A DNA stretch of 64,000 bases from Clostridiales bacterium (GTDB taxonomy: Bacteria > Bacillota > Clostridia > Lachnospirales > Lachnospiraceae). The position numbers and the translations under genes are program-made. The notes below the pieces were generated by a model. That model did not search any database. It worked only from the letters and a program-made list of their open reading frames with translations, and was not told the DNA's origin. Position 1 is the first letter of the stretch, and each line of letters opens with the position of its first letter. Shown here one piece after another: positions 62,745-64,000 of the stretch. The stretch spans positions 19,124 through 83,123 of the forward strand of contig JAHAFI010000006.1 in the NCBI GenBank assembly GCA_018374355.1, read 5' to 3'.

Positions 62745-64000
62745 TTATACTTCCTTGTAATCAGCATCTACCACATCATCGCCATAGCCTGCTTCATTTC
62801 CACCCTGAGTTGCGCCGCCCATATCCGGGCCTGCACCCTGTGCGCCTGCTGCCTGAGCCTGCTCATATACCTTAGCAAACAGTTTCTGTGCGCTTTCCAT
62901 CAGTTTTTCTTTTGCAGCTTTGATCTCAGCAACCTGAGCTTCTGTCATGTCTTCTGCAGGAGTTTTCGCAATCAGATCTTTCAGTGCATTCAGATCTGCT
63001 TCTACAGCAGTTTTATCATTTGCATCGATCTTGTCGCCAACTTCTTCCATAGCTTTTTCAGTCTGGAATACCATAGCGTCTGCATCATTTCTTGTGTCGA
63101 TGGCTTCTTTTCTCTTCTTATCCTGTGCTTCGTACTCAGCAGCTTCTCTTACTGCTTTGTCGATATCGGAATCAGACATATTAGAGCCTGCTGTGATTGT
63201 GATGTGCTGCTCTTTACCTGTTCCCAGGTCTTTTGCAGATACATTTACAATGCCGTTTGCATCGATATCGAAGGTTACTTCGATCTGCGGAACACCTCTT
63301 CTTGCTGGCGGAATACCATCCAGACGGAACTGTCCCAGAGATTTATTGTCTTTTGCAAACTGTCTTTCACCCTGTACTACGTTGATGTCTACTGCTGTCT
63401 GGTTATCTGCTGCTGTGGAGAAAATCTGGCTCTTCTTTGTAGGAATCGTTGTATTTCTCTCAATCAGTCTTGTTGCAATACCACCCATAGTCTCGATGGA
63501 CAGAGACAGTGGAGTTACGTCCAGAAGCAGGATGTCGCCTGCGCCTGCATCTCCGGCCAGTTTACCGCCCTGTACGGAAGCTCCCAGAGCTACACATTCA
63601 TCCGGGTTCAGGGTTTTGCTTGGTTCATGGCCTGTGATCTGTTTTACTTTCTCCTGTACAGACGGAATACGTGTAGAACCACCTACCAGCAGAACTTTGC
63701 TCAGTTCGGAAGCGTTCAGGCCTGCATCAGAAAGGGCTCTTCTTACAGGTTCTGCAGTTCTCTCTACCAGATCATGTGTCAGTTCATCGAATTTTGCTTT
63801 TGTCAGGTTCATATCGAAATGTTTCGGGCCTTCTGCTGTAGCAGTGATGAACGGCAGGTTAATGTTTGTTGTTGTTGCGGAAGACAGCTCTTTTTTCGCT
63901 TTTTCTGCTGCTTCTCTGATTCTCTGCAGAGCCATCTTGTCAGCGGACAAATCTACACCCTCTGCTTTTTTGAATTCAGCCAGCATATAATCTGCAACCT
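62745..64000 (-). CDS. dnaK: Chaperone DnaK (3' part; start beyond window end)
   Basis: [36 protein letters not shown]. Confidence 0.98.
   Translation of the reverse strand, partial: VADYMLAEFKKAEGVDLSADKMALQRIREAAEKAKKELSSATTTNINLPFITATAEGPKHFDMNLTKAKFDELTHDLVERTAEPVRRALSDAGLNASELSKVLLVGGSTRIPSVQEKVKQITGHEPSKTLNPDECVALGASVQGGKLAGDAGAGDILLLDVTPLSLSIETMGGIATRLIERNTTIPTKKSQIFSTAADNQTAVDINVVQGERQFAKDNKSLGQFRLDGIPPARRGVPQIEVTFDIDANGIVNVSAKDLGTGKEQHITITAGSNMSDSDIDKAVREAAEYEAQDKKRKEAIDTRNDADAMVFQTEKAMEEVGDKIDANDKTAVEADLNALKDLIAKTPAEDMTEAQVAEIKAAKEKLMESAQKLFAKVYEQAQAAGAQGAGPDMGGATQGGNEAGYGDDVVDADYKEV

Overview
Core-chromosome segment of a spore-forming, anaerobic Clostridia bacterium; gene content and order look Lachnospiraceae-like (inference). 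Most genes are on the minus strand. Left to right: argC (partial), argG, a secreted amidase with cell-wall-binding repeats, a class III RNR (nrdD) with a C-terminal glutaredoxin-like domain, hflX-TPR-glmM-NTP transferase-prfA-prmC-DUF1385-rpmE-rho, a MATE transporter, a 7-tRNA cluster, rdgB/rlmL-like genes, Na/Pi-cotransporter-phoB-phoR with Pho boxes, tRNA-Gly, pepF, guaB, groESL (CIRCE), codY-topA-dprA-comM, sigK, the ireB-ruvX-rnj-trmR-U32 cluster, mtaB, thiI-iscS-rsmE-prmA, and dnaJ-dnaK (partial). I see no transposase, integrase, prophage or CRISPR array. Three non-standard signals stand out. (1) A dispersed family of GTAAC...GTTAC bipartite elements, usually 33 bp. All six clear copies start 0-9 nt after a stop codon in the same orientation, and two of them form a 25-bp direct repeat around a transporter gene lying between dnaJ and prmA. 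(2) A candidate ~110-nt sigma-A sRNA with three C-rich loops. (3) Divergent from it, a small Asn-rich protein with a near-consensus sigma-G promoter and a leader that can sequester its RBS. Family assignments come from motif recognition only; no searches were run.
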